The notes under the pieces: model-generated
Told to the model about the DNA's origin: nothing
Databases searched by the model: none
The model's input: only the letters and a program-made list of their open reading frames with translations
Shown: piece by piece, positions 1 through 7,925 of the stretch
Numbering within the stretch: position 1 is the first letter of the stretch
Layout of the letters: the number at the start of each line of letters is the position of its first letter
Assembly: GCF_004346225.1 (NCBI RefSeq)
Contig: NZ_SMAJ01000002.1
Coordinates: 403,417 to 427,416, forward strand
Direction of reading: 5' to 3'
Source: Paralcaligenes ureilyticus
GTDB taxonomy: Bacteria; Pseudomonadota; Gammaproteobacteria; Burkholderiales; Burkholderiaceae_B
Length of the DNA stretch: 24,000 nucleotides
Program-made: the position numbers and the translations under genes

Positions 1-730
1 CGATAGCGCAAGTGATGCGCGCCTTGGAACCCGACAAAGTGCTCTTGACCGGACTCTCGGCTTTGACGCTCGCCATAAATTCGGGTGTCTCATCAAGTCC
101 CTGGCGGATCCAATACCCGAACGGCACGACGACCAAACCAAGGATGAAAGGCAGTCGCCAGGCCCAGCTTGTGATTTGTTCCGGACTGAAGTGCGAGTTG
201 AGCCCCAGACTGACCAAGCCGGCCAGCCCAGTTGCGAGGCCGATTCCGACCACCTGATAGCTGGCGAAGTAACCGCGCATATGCTTCGGTGCATGCTCGG
301 TCACGAATGCCACGGAGGTGCCGAATTCACCTCCGGCCGAAAAGCCTTGAATGAACTTGCCAAGCACCACCGTGATCGCACCGAATATGCCCCATGATGC
401 ATAGGACGGCGCAAAGGCAATGATTCCCGTGCCGACGCCCATTGCCCAGATCGTCAGTATCATCCCGGCCTTGCGTCCATGCCTGTCCGAGTAGCTGCCG
501 ATAAGAATAGCGCCCAGCGGCCGCACAAAATAGCTGATGCCAAACGTGGCCAGCGTTATCAGCAAGGAGGTGTAAGGATCATCGGTAGGGAAAAAGATAT
601 TTGAAATGTAAACGGCCAAAAAGCCGAACATGAACAAGTCGTAAAACTCAAGCATGTTGCCTACGAGCGCCGACGCAATGATCCTTCTGAAATAACGTCT
701 TTTCTCTGGCGTCAATTCTGTCGCTGACAT
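1..730 (-). CDS. MFS transporter, metabolite:H+ symporter (MHS, CitA/ProP-like) family. N-terminal ~243 codons only; the gene runs off the left edge.
   Basis: Absent from the ORF track because it is open at the window edge. The reverse complement from the ATG (complement of 730-728) reads MSATELTPEKRRYFRRIIASALVGNMLEFYDLFMFGFLAVY...IGSYSDRHGRKAG...GKFIQGFSAGGEFG...WRLPFILG. It has the MFS D-R-x-G-R-K loop and an MHS-like N-terminus. GGAGA (complement of 742-738) lies 7 nt upstream of the start. Confidence 0.85.
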   Translation of the reverse strand, partial: MSATELTPEKRRYFRRIIASALVGNMLEFYDLFMFGFLAVYISNIFFPTDDPYTSLLITLATFGISYFVRPLGAILIGSYSDRHGRKAGMILTIWAMGVGTGIIAFAPSYASWGIFGAITVVLGKFIQGFSAGGEFGTSVAFVTEHAPKHMRGYFASYQVVGIGLATGLAGLVSLGLNSHFSPEQITSWAWRLPFILGLVVVPFGYWIRQGLDETPEFMASVKAESPVKSTLSGSKARITCAI

Positions 731-832
731 GGTGTTGTCTCCTTATAATTACATTTTTAAATTACCCGGCACTCGTCGTTGCGGGGCCGATAAATCAGTA
801 CAACCGTTTCGCGTTGCAGCCTTCGGCCCCGG

Positions 833-2110
833 CTACTGTGCCGGAAGGTTCAGGAAGTCAAGCGCGGTCAGCGCAAAAACCTTGGCCAGAGCACGCAGTT
901 CGTCCACATCGACGTGCTCGTCGGCGCTGCCCATGTTGTACGAAGTCAGGCCGCATACGACGGCCGGCACTCCGGCGTACCGATAGAGTCGCGCGTCCGA
1001 TGCGCCGACGCGCATGTTCACGGCCGGCGTAGTCTCAAGCACCGCTTCGCAGTTCGAGACCAGTGAACGAATCACCGGATGCTGCGGGTCCGTCCAGTTC
1101 GGTTCGTATCGGCGCGCAACATTCACGCTCACACCCGAATGCCGGGCGACTATTTCACGCACCCTGGCTTCGATCGCTACGGCGGCAACACCGACCGGTA
1201 TGCGGACATCAGCGGTCGCCTCCGCCTGATCCGCAACCAGGTTCGAAAGCGTGCCGCCTCTAATGGTCCCAAAGGTGACCGTGACGTTCTTGAGCACCTC
1301 CGATTCGCCTGCACCGGAACTCGCTTCCGACACAACGCTCGAGGCGTCGATCGACGCGACCACTTCGGGAATGGCTTGGACCGGAAAATCCCGTAGTGAT
1401 TTCAGCTCGTTGACGACGTCAATCAGCTTTTCGATTGCACTATCCCCGCGATGCACGTGCGCGGCATGGGCAGACTTTCCTTCCGCCAACAGGCTAAGCC
1501 ACACCATGCCCTTTTCTCCAAAGCGCAGCACATAGGGCGATCCGGTATCGGCGCTAATCATCGCGTCACCGCGTGCATGCGGCACGTTCTCCAGCAGCCA
1601 CTGCGTGCCCTCGGTGCCCATGCTCTCCTCATCGCCCACGAATGTGGCAACCACTTCCCCGTGGAAAAGATCGCGATGACCCGCCAGGAAGCGCATGGCC
1701 GTCAGGATGGCGGCGATACCGCCTTTCATGTCCGAGACTCCCAGGCCATAGAGCCTGCCATTGCGTTCTTCTCCGGCGGGATCGGCCGTCCAGCGAGAGG
1801 CGTTGACGAGGGGAAAGGTATCCATGTGCCCGTTAAAAACCAGTCGACGTCCGGGGCGATTTCCGCGCAGGCGCAACACCAGATTGGTGACATGCGGCAA
1901 AGTGCAGTAACGCTCTACTTCGATTTCAGGGACATCCGCGATGGCTTGGGCCACAGCGTCGGCCATCAGATGGGTATCGCCAGGTGGATAAGCGCTCGGC
2001 ACGCCAACCAGGTGACGTGCGAGCGCCGCCACGTCATTGCCTGCCGCGTCAAACCATGCCATGGGGTTGCCGGTCTGTGCTGTAGTAAGGGAAGAGCTTG
2101 TAAGATACAT
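833..2110 (-). CDS. M20 family metallopeptidase / ArgE-DapE-type deacylase
   Basis: 425-aa ORF with M20 metal-site motifs (FNGHMDTFP, GVSDMKGG, FVGDEESMG). AAGGA (complement of 2119-2115) lies upstream of the ATG. Same strand as the MFS gene and 102 bp upstream of it, so probably one operon. Confidence 0.85.
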   Translation of the reverse strand: MYLTSSSLTTAQTGNPMAWFDAAGNDVAALARHLVGVPSAYPPGDTHLMADAVAQAIADVPEIEVERYCTLPHVTNLVLRLRGNRPGRRLVFNGHMDTFPLVNASRWTADPAGEERNGRLYGLGVSDMKGGIAAILTAMRFLAGHRDLFHGEVVATFVGDEESMGTEGTQWLLENVPHARGDAMISADTGSPYVLRFGEKGMVWLSLLAEGKSAHAAHVHRGDSAIEKLIDVVNELKSLRDFPVQAIPEVVASIDASSVVSEASSGAGESEVLKNVTVTFGTIRGGTLSNLVADQAEATADVRIPVGVAAVAIEARVREIVARHSGVSVNVARRYEPNWTDPQHPVIRSLVSNCEAVLETTPAVNMRVGASDARLYRYAGVPAVVCGLTSYNMGSADEHVDVDELRALAKVFALTALDFLNLPAQ

Positions 2111-2201
2111 ATTGTCCTTATCTGTTAACGGCGTACGTGCAATCGAGCCTCTGATGGAAAGTATGGTGGACGCAACGTGACAAGACCAGTTACCAAAGCG
2201 G

Positions 2202-2232
2202 GGTAAGGTATAAGGGCGCCTAATACCTTACC
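2202..2232. repeat. Perfect 10-bp inverted repeat (GGTAAGGTAT-N11-ATACCTTACC) in the 5' region of the M20/MFS operon
   Basis: Read directly: 2202-2211 is the exact reverse complement of 2223-2232. It lies about 90-120 bp upstream of the minus-strand start at 2110. Function (operator or leader hairpin) is unknown. Confidence 0.3.
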
Positions 2233-2295
2233 GTTCGGGTGCACGGCGATTGCGCTGGCATGACCCAATGGTTCGCCCGGATGGGCTGAAAAAAA

Positions 2296-2417
2296 TGGCA
2301 CCCACAAGGGGTGCCGCTACAAAAACGTTGTCACACACCGGTACAAAAACGTTGCCACGCGGACGGTATCTACAAAAACGTACTCGTCACACGTAGCGGC
2401 AGCCCTTGTGGGTGCCA
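2296..2417. repeat. REP-type composite element: two inverted 25-nt units flanking a 72-nt spacer
   Basis: TGGCACCCACAAGGGGTGCCGCTAC (2296-2320) and GTAGCGGCAGCCCTTGTGGGTGCCA (2393-2417) are reverse complements except at one position. The spacer holds three direct copies of TACAAAAACGT, starting at 2318, 2342 and 2371. Same unit family as at 4852, 11792 and 19844. Confidence 0.8.
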
Positions 2418-2444
2418 GGCTGGCCCGGTATTCAAGCTCTCTCA

Positions 2445-2481
2445 ATAGCCTAAAACCATTAGTTTTATAGTAACTATCAAT
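2445..2481 (+). promoter_or_regulatory. OxyR-type binding site upstream of ahpC
   Basis: ATAG-N7-CCAT-N7-ATAG-N7-CAAT matches the OxyR tetrad consensus ATAG-N7-CTAT-N7-ATAG-N7-CTAT with exact spacing and 14 of 16 specified bases. It lies about 70-105 bp upstream of the ahpC ATG. Confidence 0.5.
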
Positions 2482-2551
2482 TTTACTTATTACTAGAGAT
2501 CGCCTAAAGTAACACCATCATCTGTTGTTAACCACTGAACAAGGAGTTCTG

Positions 2552-3115
2552 ATGTCTTTAATCAATACCAAAATAAAGCCTTTCAAAGCAACGGCCTTCC
2601 ATAATGGCAAATTCGTCGAAGTCAGCGATACCTCCGTCGCGGGCAAGTGGGCGGTATTCGTTTTCTATCCCGCCGATTTCACCTTTGTATGCCCGACCGA
2701 GCTTGAAGATCTGGCCGATCATTATGCCGAATTCCAGAAGCTCGGCGTCCAGGTGTACAGCGTTTCGACCGACACGCATTTCGCCCATAAGGCCTGGCAC
2801 GACACGTCTGAAGCGATCAAGAAGGTCACCTACCCAATGATCGGCGACCCCACCCAAGTGCTGACGCGCAACTTCGACGTGCTGATCGAAGAAGAGGGTT
2901 TGGCGCTGCGCGGAACCTTTGTGGTCAATCCCGAGGGTGAGATCAAAGTCCTGGAAATCCATGACAACGGCATCGGCCGCGACGCTTCCGAGTTGCTGCG
3001 CAAGGTCAAGGCGGCTCAATATATTGCTGCCCACCCCGGCGAAGTATGCCCGGCCAAATGGGAAGAAGGCGCCAAGACACTGACTCCCTCGCTGGATCTG
3101 GTCGGCAAGATCTGA
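2552..3115 (+). CDS. ahpC: Alkyl hydroperoxide reductase subunit C (typical 2-Cys peroxiredoxin)
   Basis: [16 protein letters not shown]... is near-identical in pattern to enterobacterial AhpC. It has the peroxidatic FTFVCPTEL and resolving EVCPAKW motifs. AAGGAG lies 6 nt upstream of the ATG at 2552; the track ORF starts at an upstream TTG (2525) that I do not favour. Confidence 0.97.
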   Translation: MSLINTKIKPFKATAFHNGKFVEVSDTSVAGKWAVFVFYPADFTFVCPTELEDLADHYAEFQKLGVQVYSVSTDTHFAHKAWHDTSEAIKKVTYPMIGDPTQVLTRNFDVLIEEEGLALRGTFVVNPEGEIKVLEIHDNGIGRDASELLRKVKAAQYIAAHPGEVCPAKWEEGAKTLTPSLDLVGKI

Positions 3116-3196
3116 CCCGGGCACTGCCCAACTGCATGGCTCGCCGCGCTTGTATCCTGGCACGGCGGGCGATCCCTCAACCCAAAGCAAAGCCAA

Positions 3197-3218
3197 AACC
3201 GTGCCCAACGGCACGGTT
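3197..3218 (+). terminator. Stem-loop in the ahpC-ahpF spacer, possibly a partial terminator or attenuator
   Basis: AACCGTGCC-caac-GGCACGGTT forms a perfect 9-bp stem with a 4-nt loop. No clear U-tract follows, so this is not a canonical intrinsic terminator. Confidence 0.35.
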
Positions 3219-3251
3219 CGCGGACGTTTGCATAACTAAAAGGACATGACT

Positions 3252-4835
3252 ATGTTGGATGCAAGCCTCAAAGGTCAATTAGGAACGTATCTCGAACGGG
3301 TCACACAGGCCGTCGAATTGCGCGCGTCGCTCGATGACAGCGCGAAGTCGCAAGAGCTGCGCGCTTTCCTCCAGGACATTGCCAGCCTGTCGGACAAGAT
3401 CACGATAGTAGATGACACAACGGACGATCAACGCGTGCCGTCCTTCGCCATTGCCCGTACCGGTACCGATATTTCGGTGCGCTTTGCGGGAATCCCGCTG
3501 GGCCACGAGTTCACCTCGCTGGTGCTCGCGTTGCTGCAGGTAGGCGGCCACCCCCCGAAGCTGGACGAGGCAACCGTCAATCAAGTTCGTAGTCTACCCG
3601 GCGAATATCTGTTCGAAACCTATTTTTCGCTGTCGTGCCAGAATTGCCCGGATGTGGTCCAGGCCTTGAACGCCATGTCGGTCATCAACCCGAAGATTCG
3701 TCACGTGGCGATCGATGGCGCGTTTTTTCAGCAGGAAGTCGAAAATCGCGAAATCCTGTCTGTGCCCGCGGTGTTTCTGAATGGCAAATTGTTCCACCAA
3801 GGCCGTGCCGGCGTCGAAGAATTCCTGGCCCAGCTGGATGCCGGAGACGACACACGCAAGGCGGCAGAGCTTAATGCCCGCGATGAATTCGATGTGCTGG
3901 TCGTCGGCGGCGGCCCGGCAGGCGCGGCGGCGGCGGTCTATGCGGCGCGCAAAGGCATTCGCACCGGCGTCGTCGCCGAACGTTTCGGCGGTCAGGTTCT
4001 CGACACTATGGCCATCGAAAACTACATCTCGGTGTTGGAGACCGAAGGGCCCAAATTCGGTGTCGCGCTCGAGCAGCACGTCAAGGCTTACGAGGTCGAT
4101 ATCATGAACTTGCAGCGCGCCAGCAAGCTGGTGCCGGGCAAGTCCATCCAAATTGAACTGGCCAATGGCGCGACCTTGAAGGCGAAGTCGGTCATTCTAT
4201 CTACCGGTGCACGCTGGCGCGAGATCAACGTACCCGGCGAGCACGAATACCGCAACCGCGGCGTGGCCTATTGCCCGCACTGCGACGGCCCCCTGTTCAA
4301 GGGTAAACAGGTCGCGGTGATCGGCGGAGGCAACTCCGGCGTTGAGGCGGCGATCGATCTGGCAGGCATTGTGAGTCACGTCACCTTGATCGAATTCGGC
4401 GATGCCTTGCGTGCCGACGACATCTTGCAGCGCAAACTGCGCAGCTTGACCAATGTGGCTATTTTGACCTCGGCGCAGACCACGGAAGTCCACGGCGATG
4501 GCAAGCGCGTCACCGGGCTAAGCTACAAGAACCGCAAAGATGGAACGACGCATCAAATCGAACTGGACGGCGTGTTCGTGCAGATCGGCCTGGTGCCCAA
4601 TACCGAATGGCTCAAAGGCGCCCTGGATCTTACGGCTCATGGCGAGATTATCGTTGATGCGCGCGGCCAGACTTCGGTGCCCGGTGTATTTGCGGCCGGG
4701 GATGCGACGACAACGCCCTACAAGCAGATCATCATTGCCGCTGGCGAAGGGGCCAAGGCCGCATTGGGCGCATTCGATTACCTGATCCGTAGCTCGGTCA
4801 GCGACGAAGCGCCGGCGGATGCCAAGGCCGCCTGA
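3252..4835 (+). CDS. ahpF: Alkyl hydroperoxide reductase subunit F (NADH-dependent AhpC reductase)
   Basis: Collinear with E. coli AhpF as I recall it: MLDxxLK..., [56 protein letters not shown]. The ATG at 3252 has AGGA 7 nt upstream. The track start at 3246 is only 1 nt from that SD and is less likely. Confidence 0.95.
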   Translation: MLDASLKGQLGTYLERVTQAVELRASLDDSAKSQELRAFLQDIASLSDKITIVDDTTDDQRVPSFAIARTGTDISVRFAGIPLGHEFTSLVLALLQVGGHPPKLDEATVNQVRSLPGEYLFETYFSLSCQNCPDVVQALNAMSVINPKIRHVAIDGAFFQQEVENREILSVPAVFLNGKLFHQGRAGVEEFLAQLDAGDDTRKAAELNARDEFDVLVVGGGPAGAAAAVYAARKGIRTGVVAERFGGQVLDTMAIENYISVLETEGPKFGVALEQHVKAYEVDIMNLQRASKLVPGKSIQIELANGATLKAKSVILSTGARWREINVPGEHEYRNRGVAYCPHCDGPLFKGKQVAVIGGGNSGVEAAIDLAGIVSHVTLIEFGDALRADDILQRKLRSLTNVAILTSAQTTEVHGDGKRVTGLSYKNRKDGTTHQIELDGVFVQIGLVPNTEWLKGALDLTAHGEIIVDARGQTSVPGVFAAGDATTTPYKQIIIAAGEGAKAALGAFDYLIRSSVSDEAPADAKAA

Positions 4836-4851
4836 TTGCCGGATTCGAAAA

Positions 4852-4922
4852 TGGCAGCCACAAGGGCTGCCGCTACAAAAACATGCCCGTAACCCATGTA
4901 GCGGCAGCCCTTGTGGCTGCCA
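4852..4922. repeat. REP doublet: 25-nt unit, 21-nt spacer, inverted 25-nt unit
   Basis: TGGCAGCCACAAGGGCTGCCGCTAC (4852-4876) and GTAGCGGCAGCCCTTGTGGCTGCCA (4898-4922) are perfect reverse complements. Each unit also contains its own 7-bp hairpin, GGCAGCC-N5-GGCTGCC. It starts 17 nt after the ahpF stop and probably acts as a terminator-like structure. Confidence 0.85.
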
Positions 4923-5405
4923 TTCGACGTCTCATCACGGTTCGCGGGGAACTCAAAAACCATACAAAGCGTAACCAGACCTCTCGCTTATTTTGCTTCC
5001 TCACATAAATAGCGACACACGGCAAGGCCAAGTCAAAAAGCACCAGGCCGCACACTAGGCACCCACCACGCTATACGCCGCCAGACAGGCTATCGCTTCG
5101 ATGCCGATTACCCGAGGGAAGCCCGGTGCCGCAGGCTCAACGCCCTGCCCGAGAAACATCGGGAACAACACACGCAGATTAAGGAGTAAGGCTTACAGCC
5201 AATGGTGATCTAAACCATATAGCGCATGCCGACGCTTCCTTTCATCCCTATGATTGACCTCATAGTGCCTGTGTCAAAACGTTAAAGAAGTGTCCACGGA
5301 AATATGAACCGTGCGATGTATTTGTATCGAACCCATACATCGCCTGCTCATCGTGTTCCCTGCGACCCGAAAACAACGAATACGAATCGTCAAGGGGAAA
5401 ACAAA

Positions 5406-5453
5406 ATGCCCAAGCACAACAAGCCTTCCACCCCGATTGTCGCCATCGGATAA
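5406..5453 (+). CDS. Hypothetical 15-codon upstream ORF (MPKHNKPSTPIVAIG) ending 9 nt before the pgaA start
   Basis: ATG at 5406 is preceded by AAGGGGA with a 7-nt spacing; TAA at 5451-5453. pgaA itself has no convincing SD. Such a short ORF could easily arise by chance. Confidence 0.2.
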   Translation: MPKHNKPSTPIVAIG

Positions 5454-5462
5454 TGGCCAGCC

Positions 5463-7916
5463 ATGAATACGCCTAGGCGCTATTACTGGGTATTTGCCGC
5501 GATGTTATTGGCAAGCGCACCCTCCATGGCTGCATCGCCAAAATCCTACGACACGCTCATCAACGAAGCCCGCGCCGGGAATTACGAGCCGGCTCTTGCA
5601 ATGCTGCGCGAATACACACAGCAGCATCCATCGGATCGCCGCGCCGCTTACGACCATATCATTGTTGCGCAGTGGGCCGGCAAGAACGACGAGGCGTTGA
5701 ACGTCTATGAAACGCTCGGGCCATCCTCTGCGCAAATGCCGCCGGCCGCCCTGTCGGCCGTTGCGCGCGCCAGCCGCGACACGCGGCGCTGGACTCAGGC
5801 GCTGGCGCTTTATCGCCAAGGCAGGCAGCGTTTCCCACAGGACTCCACATTTGCACTGGGCGAAGTCATGGTTCTGGCCGACTCCGGCGAAACCGACCAG
5901 GCGATGGCGACCGCTCAGAGCCTGGTTGACGCAGAGCCGGCAAACCCCGCCTACCGCCTTGCGCTGCAGTACGTGTATGAAAGTACGCATTCCCCCTACG
6001 ACGCACTGCACGAAGCTGACCGCGCCATCACCCTGGCCCCCAAAAACACCTCGGCAATGCGTGGTTATATTCTGGCATTGCAGCGCGCAGGCCTGCCCGA
6101 GCCGGCCCTGCGCCTGGCACAGAGCCATCCTGCACTTCTGAACGCCGCCGAACTGCGACGGCTGCAGGGTGACTATGCAGCCGAACTGGCGCGCCTGGCC
6201 GACATCCCCACCCGCCAGGAGGCGGAACGGTTTGCAATCGCCGACCGGGCCCTGGCCCAATATGACAAGTTGATTCCCGCCTGGCAGGCGCTGGGGCCCG
6301 ACGCCCACGACGATCTCGTGCGAGCCCGCATCGACCGGCTCAGGGCATTGAGTGCCCGCATGCGCATGAAAGACGTCGTGAGCGAATACGAAGCCCTGCG
6401 TGCCCAGGGTGTCGAGATTCCCGATTACGCTCTGAGCGACGTGGCGACGGCGTATCTTTATTTGCGTCAACCTGAAGCCGCGCGCGATCTCTACCAAAGG
6501 GCGGTGGACAGCCCTGCCAATAAAAACAACAGTGCAAACAAGCAGGTTACCGACGAAACCGGGCTGTTCTATTCATTGATGGAAAGCGGATCGTACGACG
6601 ATGCAAACCGGCAAATGCAAGCAGCGCAAGCTCGCCAAAGCACCTGGCTTTATTTCAAGGGACAGCCCGAGCCCGAACCTAATGAGCAGAAGTTGGCTGC
6701 GGAACAAACCGCGATTTTGGGCCGCTACGATGCCAACGACACCGAGGGTGCGCAACAGCGGCTCGCCCGGCTCGTAACGCTGGCCCCCGCCAATATCGGA
6801 CTGCGCACTTCGCTGGCCGCCGTCGACCGCGGGCGCGACCAGCCGCGCCAGGCCGAGCGGGAGTTGAAAATGGCCGAAACACTGGCTCCGCGCAATCTGG
6901 GCGTAGAGTCGGAACAGGGGTTTACGGCCTTGAGCCTGCAGGAATGGCGCCAGGCGGAACAGCTCAGCCGCGATACGCTGGCGCGCAATCCACAAGACCC
7001 TGGCATCCGGCGTCTGGCACGCGAATGGGAAGTCCATAATAAAGCGGAACTACGGGTATCGGGCTATCGTGATGTGGCATCGAACAGCCCTGTTGCCGGC
7101 AACGGCGATTTCGGATTCGACACCGTGCTGTACTCGGCACCGATCGATTACAACTGGCGCGTATTCGGCGGCGGCGGCTACGCCAGCGGCAACTTCGACG
7201 AAGGACGGGCCAACTACCGCTGGTTGCGCACCGGCGTCGAATGGCGCGGCAGAGACCTTACAGTAGAAGCCGAAGCCTCAACCAACAACTACGGTCACGG
7301 AATCAAGCCGGGCGTACGCCTGACGGGCACATACGACCTGAACGATCATTGGCAGATTGGCGGATCCGCCGAGATCCTGGCGCGAGCCACGCCCTTGCGT
7401 GCATTGATGAACGACATCTCGTCCAACAGCGTGAGCGTCTTTGCGCGCTGGCGGGAAAATGAACAGCGCGAATGGAAAATTGCACTTGCGACGTCGCATT
7501 TCACCGACGGCAACAACCGCTATGAACTGGACATAAGCGGGCGCGAACGGCTCTATACGGCGCCGCGCGTCAAGTTGGATCTGGAAATGAATGTGTCCAC
7601 ATCAGGCAATTCAAAACAAGACACCCCTTATTTCAATCCGCGCTCCGACCTGACCGTGCTGCCCACCCTGAATCTGACCCATGTTCTTTATCAGCACTAC
7701 GACACCGAACTGGAACAAAAGCTCATGCTGGGCGCCGGAACCTATACGCAAAAGGGCTTCGGCACGGGCGCCATCGGGTCTATCGGCTATGGGCTGACCT
7801 ATCGCAGCAATAAGGTGTTTGAGATCGGCGCCAGCGTAACGGCCATCAGCCGTCCGTATGACGGCGTGCGCGAACGTGACATTCAGTTCGTCCTGAACAT
7901 GACCTACCGTTTTTAG
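5463..7916 (+). CDS. pgaA: PNAG export porin PgaA (periplasmic TPR domain plus C-terminal beta-barrel)
   Basis: 817 aa with a signal peptide (MNTPRRYYWVFAAMLLASAPSMAAS). The N-terminal two thirds are TPR-like and alpha-helical. The C-terminal ~270 aa show beta-barrel-like alternation and end in an aromatic residue (MTYRF). First gene of a pgaABCD-ordered cluster; size is close to the ~800 aa of E. coli PgaA. Confidence 0.9.
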   Translation: MNTPRRYYWVFAAMLLASAPSMAASPKSYDTLINEARAGNYEPALAMLREYTQQHPSDRRAAYDHIIVAQWAGKNDEALNVYETLGPSSAQMPPAALSAVARASRDTRRWTQALALYRQGRQRFPQDSTFALGEVMVLADSGETDQAMATAQSLVDAEPANPAYRLALQYVYESTHSPYDALHEADRAITLAPKNTSAMRGYILALQRAGLPEPALRLAQSHPALLNAAELRRLQGDYAAELARLADIPTRQEAERFAIADRALAQYDKLIPAWQALGPDAHDDLVRARIDRLRALSARMRMKDVVSEYEALRAQGVEIPDYALSDVATAYLYLRQPEAARDLYQRAVDSPANKNNSANKQVTDETGLFYSLMESGSYDDANRQMQAAQARQSTWLYFKGQPEPEPNEQKLAAEQTAILGRYDANDTEGAQQRLARLVTLAPANIGLRTSLAAVDRGRDQPRQAERELKMAETLAPRNLGVESEQGFTALSLQEWRQAEQLSRDTLARNPQDPGIRRLAREWEVHNKAELRVSGYRDVASNSPVAGNGDFGFDTVLYSAPIDYNWRVFGGGGYASGNFDEGRANYRWLRTGVEWRGRDLTVEAEASTNNYGHGIKPGVRLTGTYDLNDHWQIGGSAEILARATPLRALMNDISSNSVSVFARWRENEQREWKIALATSHFTDGNNRYELDISGRERLYTAPRVKLDLEMNVSTSGNSKQDTPYFNPRSDLTVLPTLNLTHVLYQHYDTELEQKLMLGAGTYTQKGFGTGAIGSIGYGLTYRSNKVFEIGASVTAISRPYDGVRERDIQFVLNMTYRF

Positions 7917-7925
7917 AGAGATACG

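Noticed and set aside
1451-3214. 225-aa + ORF opposite the M20 gene (1451-2128) and 218-aa - ORF opposite ahpC (2558-3214)
   Set aside because: Both are antisense to confidently identified genes and show no motif content.
5056-5462. Six GGA motifs (5117, 5162, 5183, 5298, 5396, 5448), reminiscent of the six CsrA sites in the E. coli pgaA leader
   Set aside because: A GGA trinucleotide is expected about once per 64 nt, so about six in 400 nt is the chance expectation. None sits clearly in a hairpin loop in an ANGGA context. I cannot support CsrA control from sequence alone. I also saw nothing resembling a c-di-GMP riboswitch core, though I cannot run a covariance model.
5505-6497. 330-aa ORF antisense to pgaA, plus many shorter overlapping ORFs in 5494-7499
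   Set aside because: Same reasoning: these are shadow frames of a GC-rich gene, and the sense frame gives a coherent signal peptide, TPR domain and beta-barrel protein.
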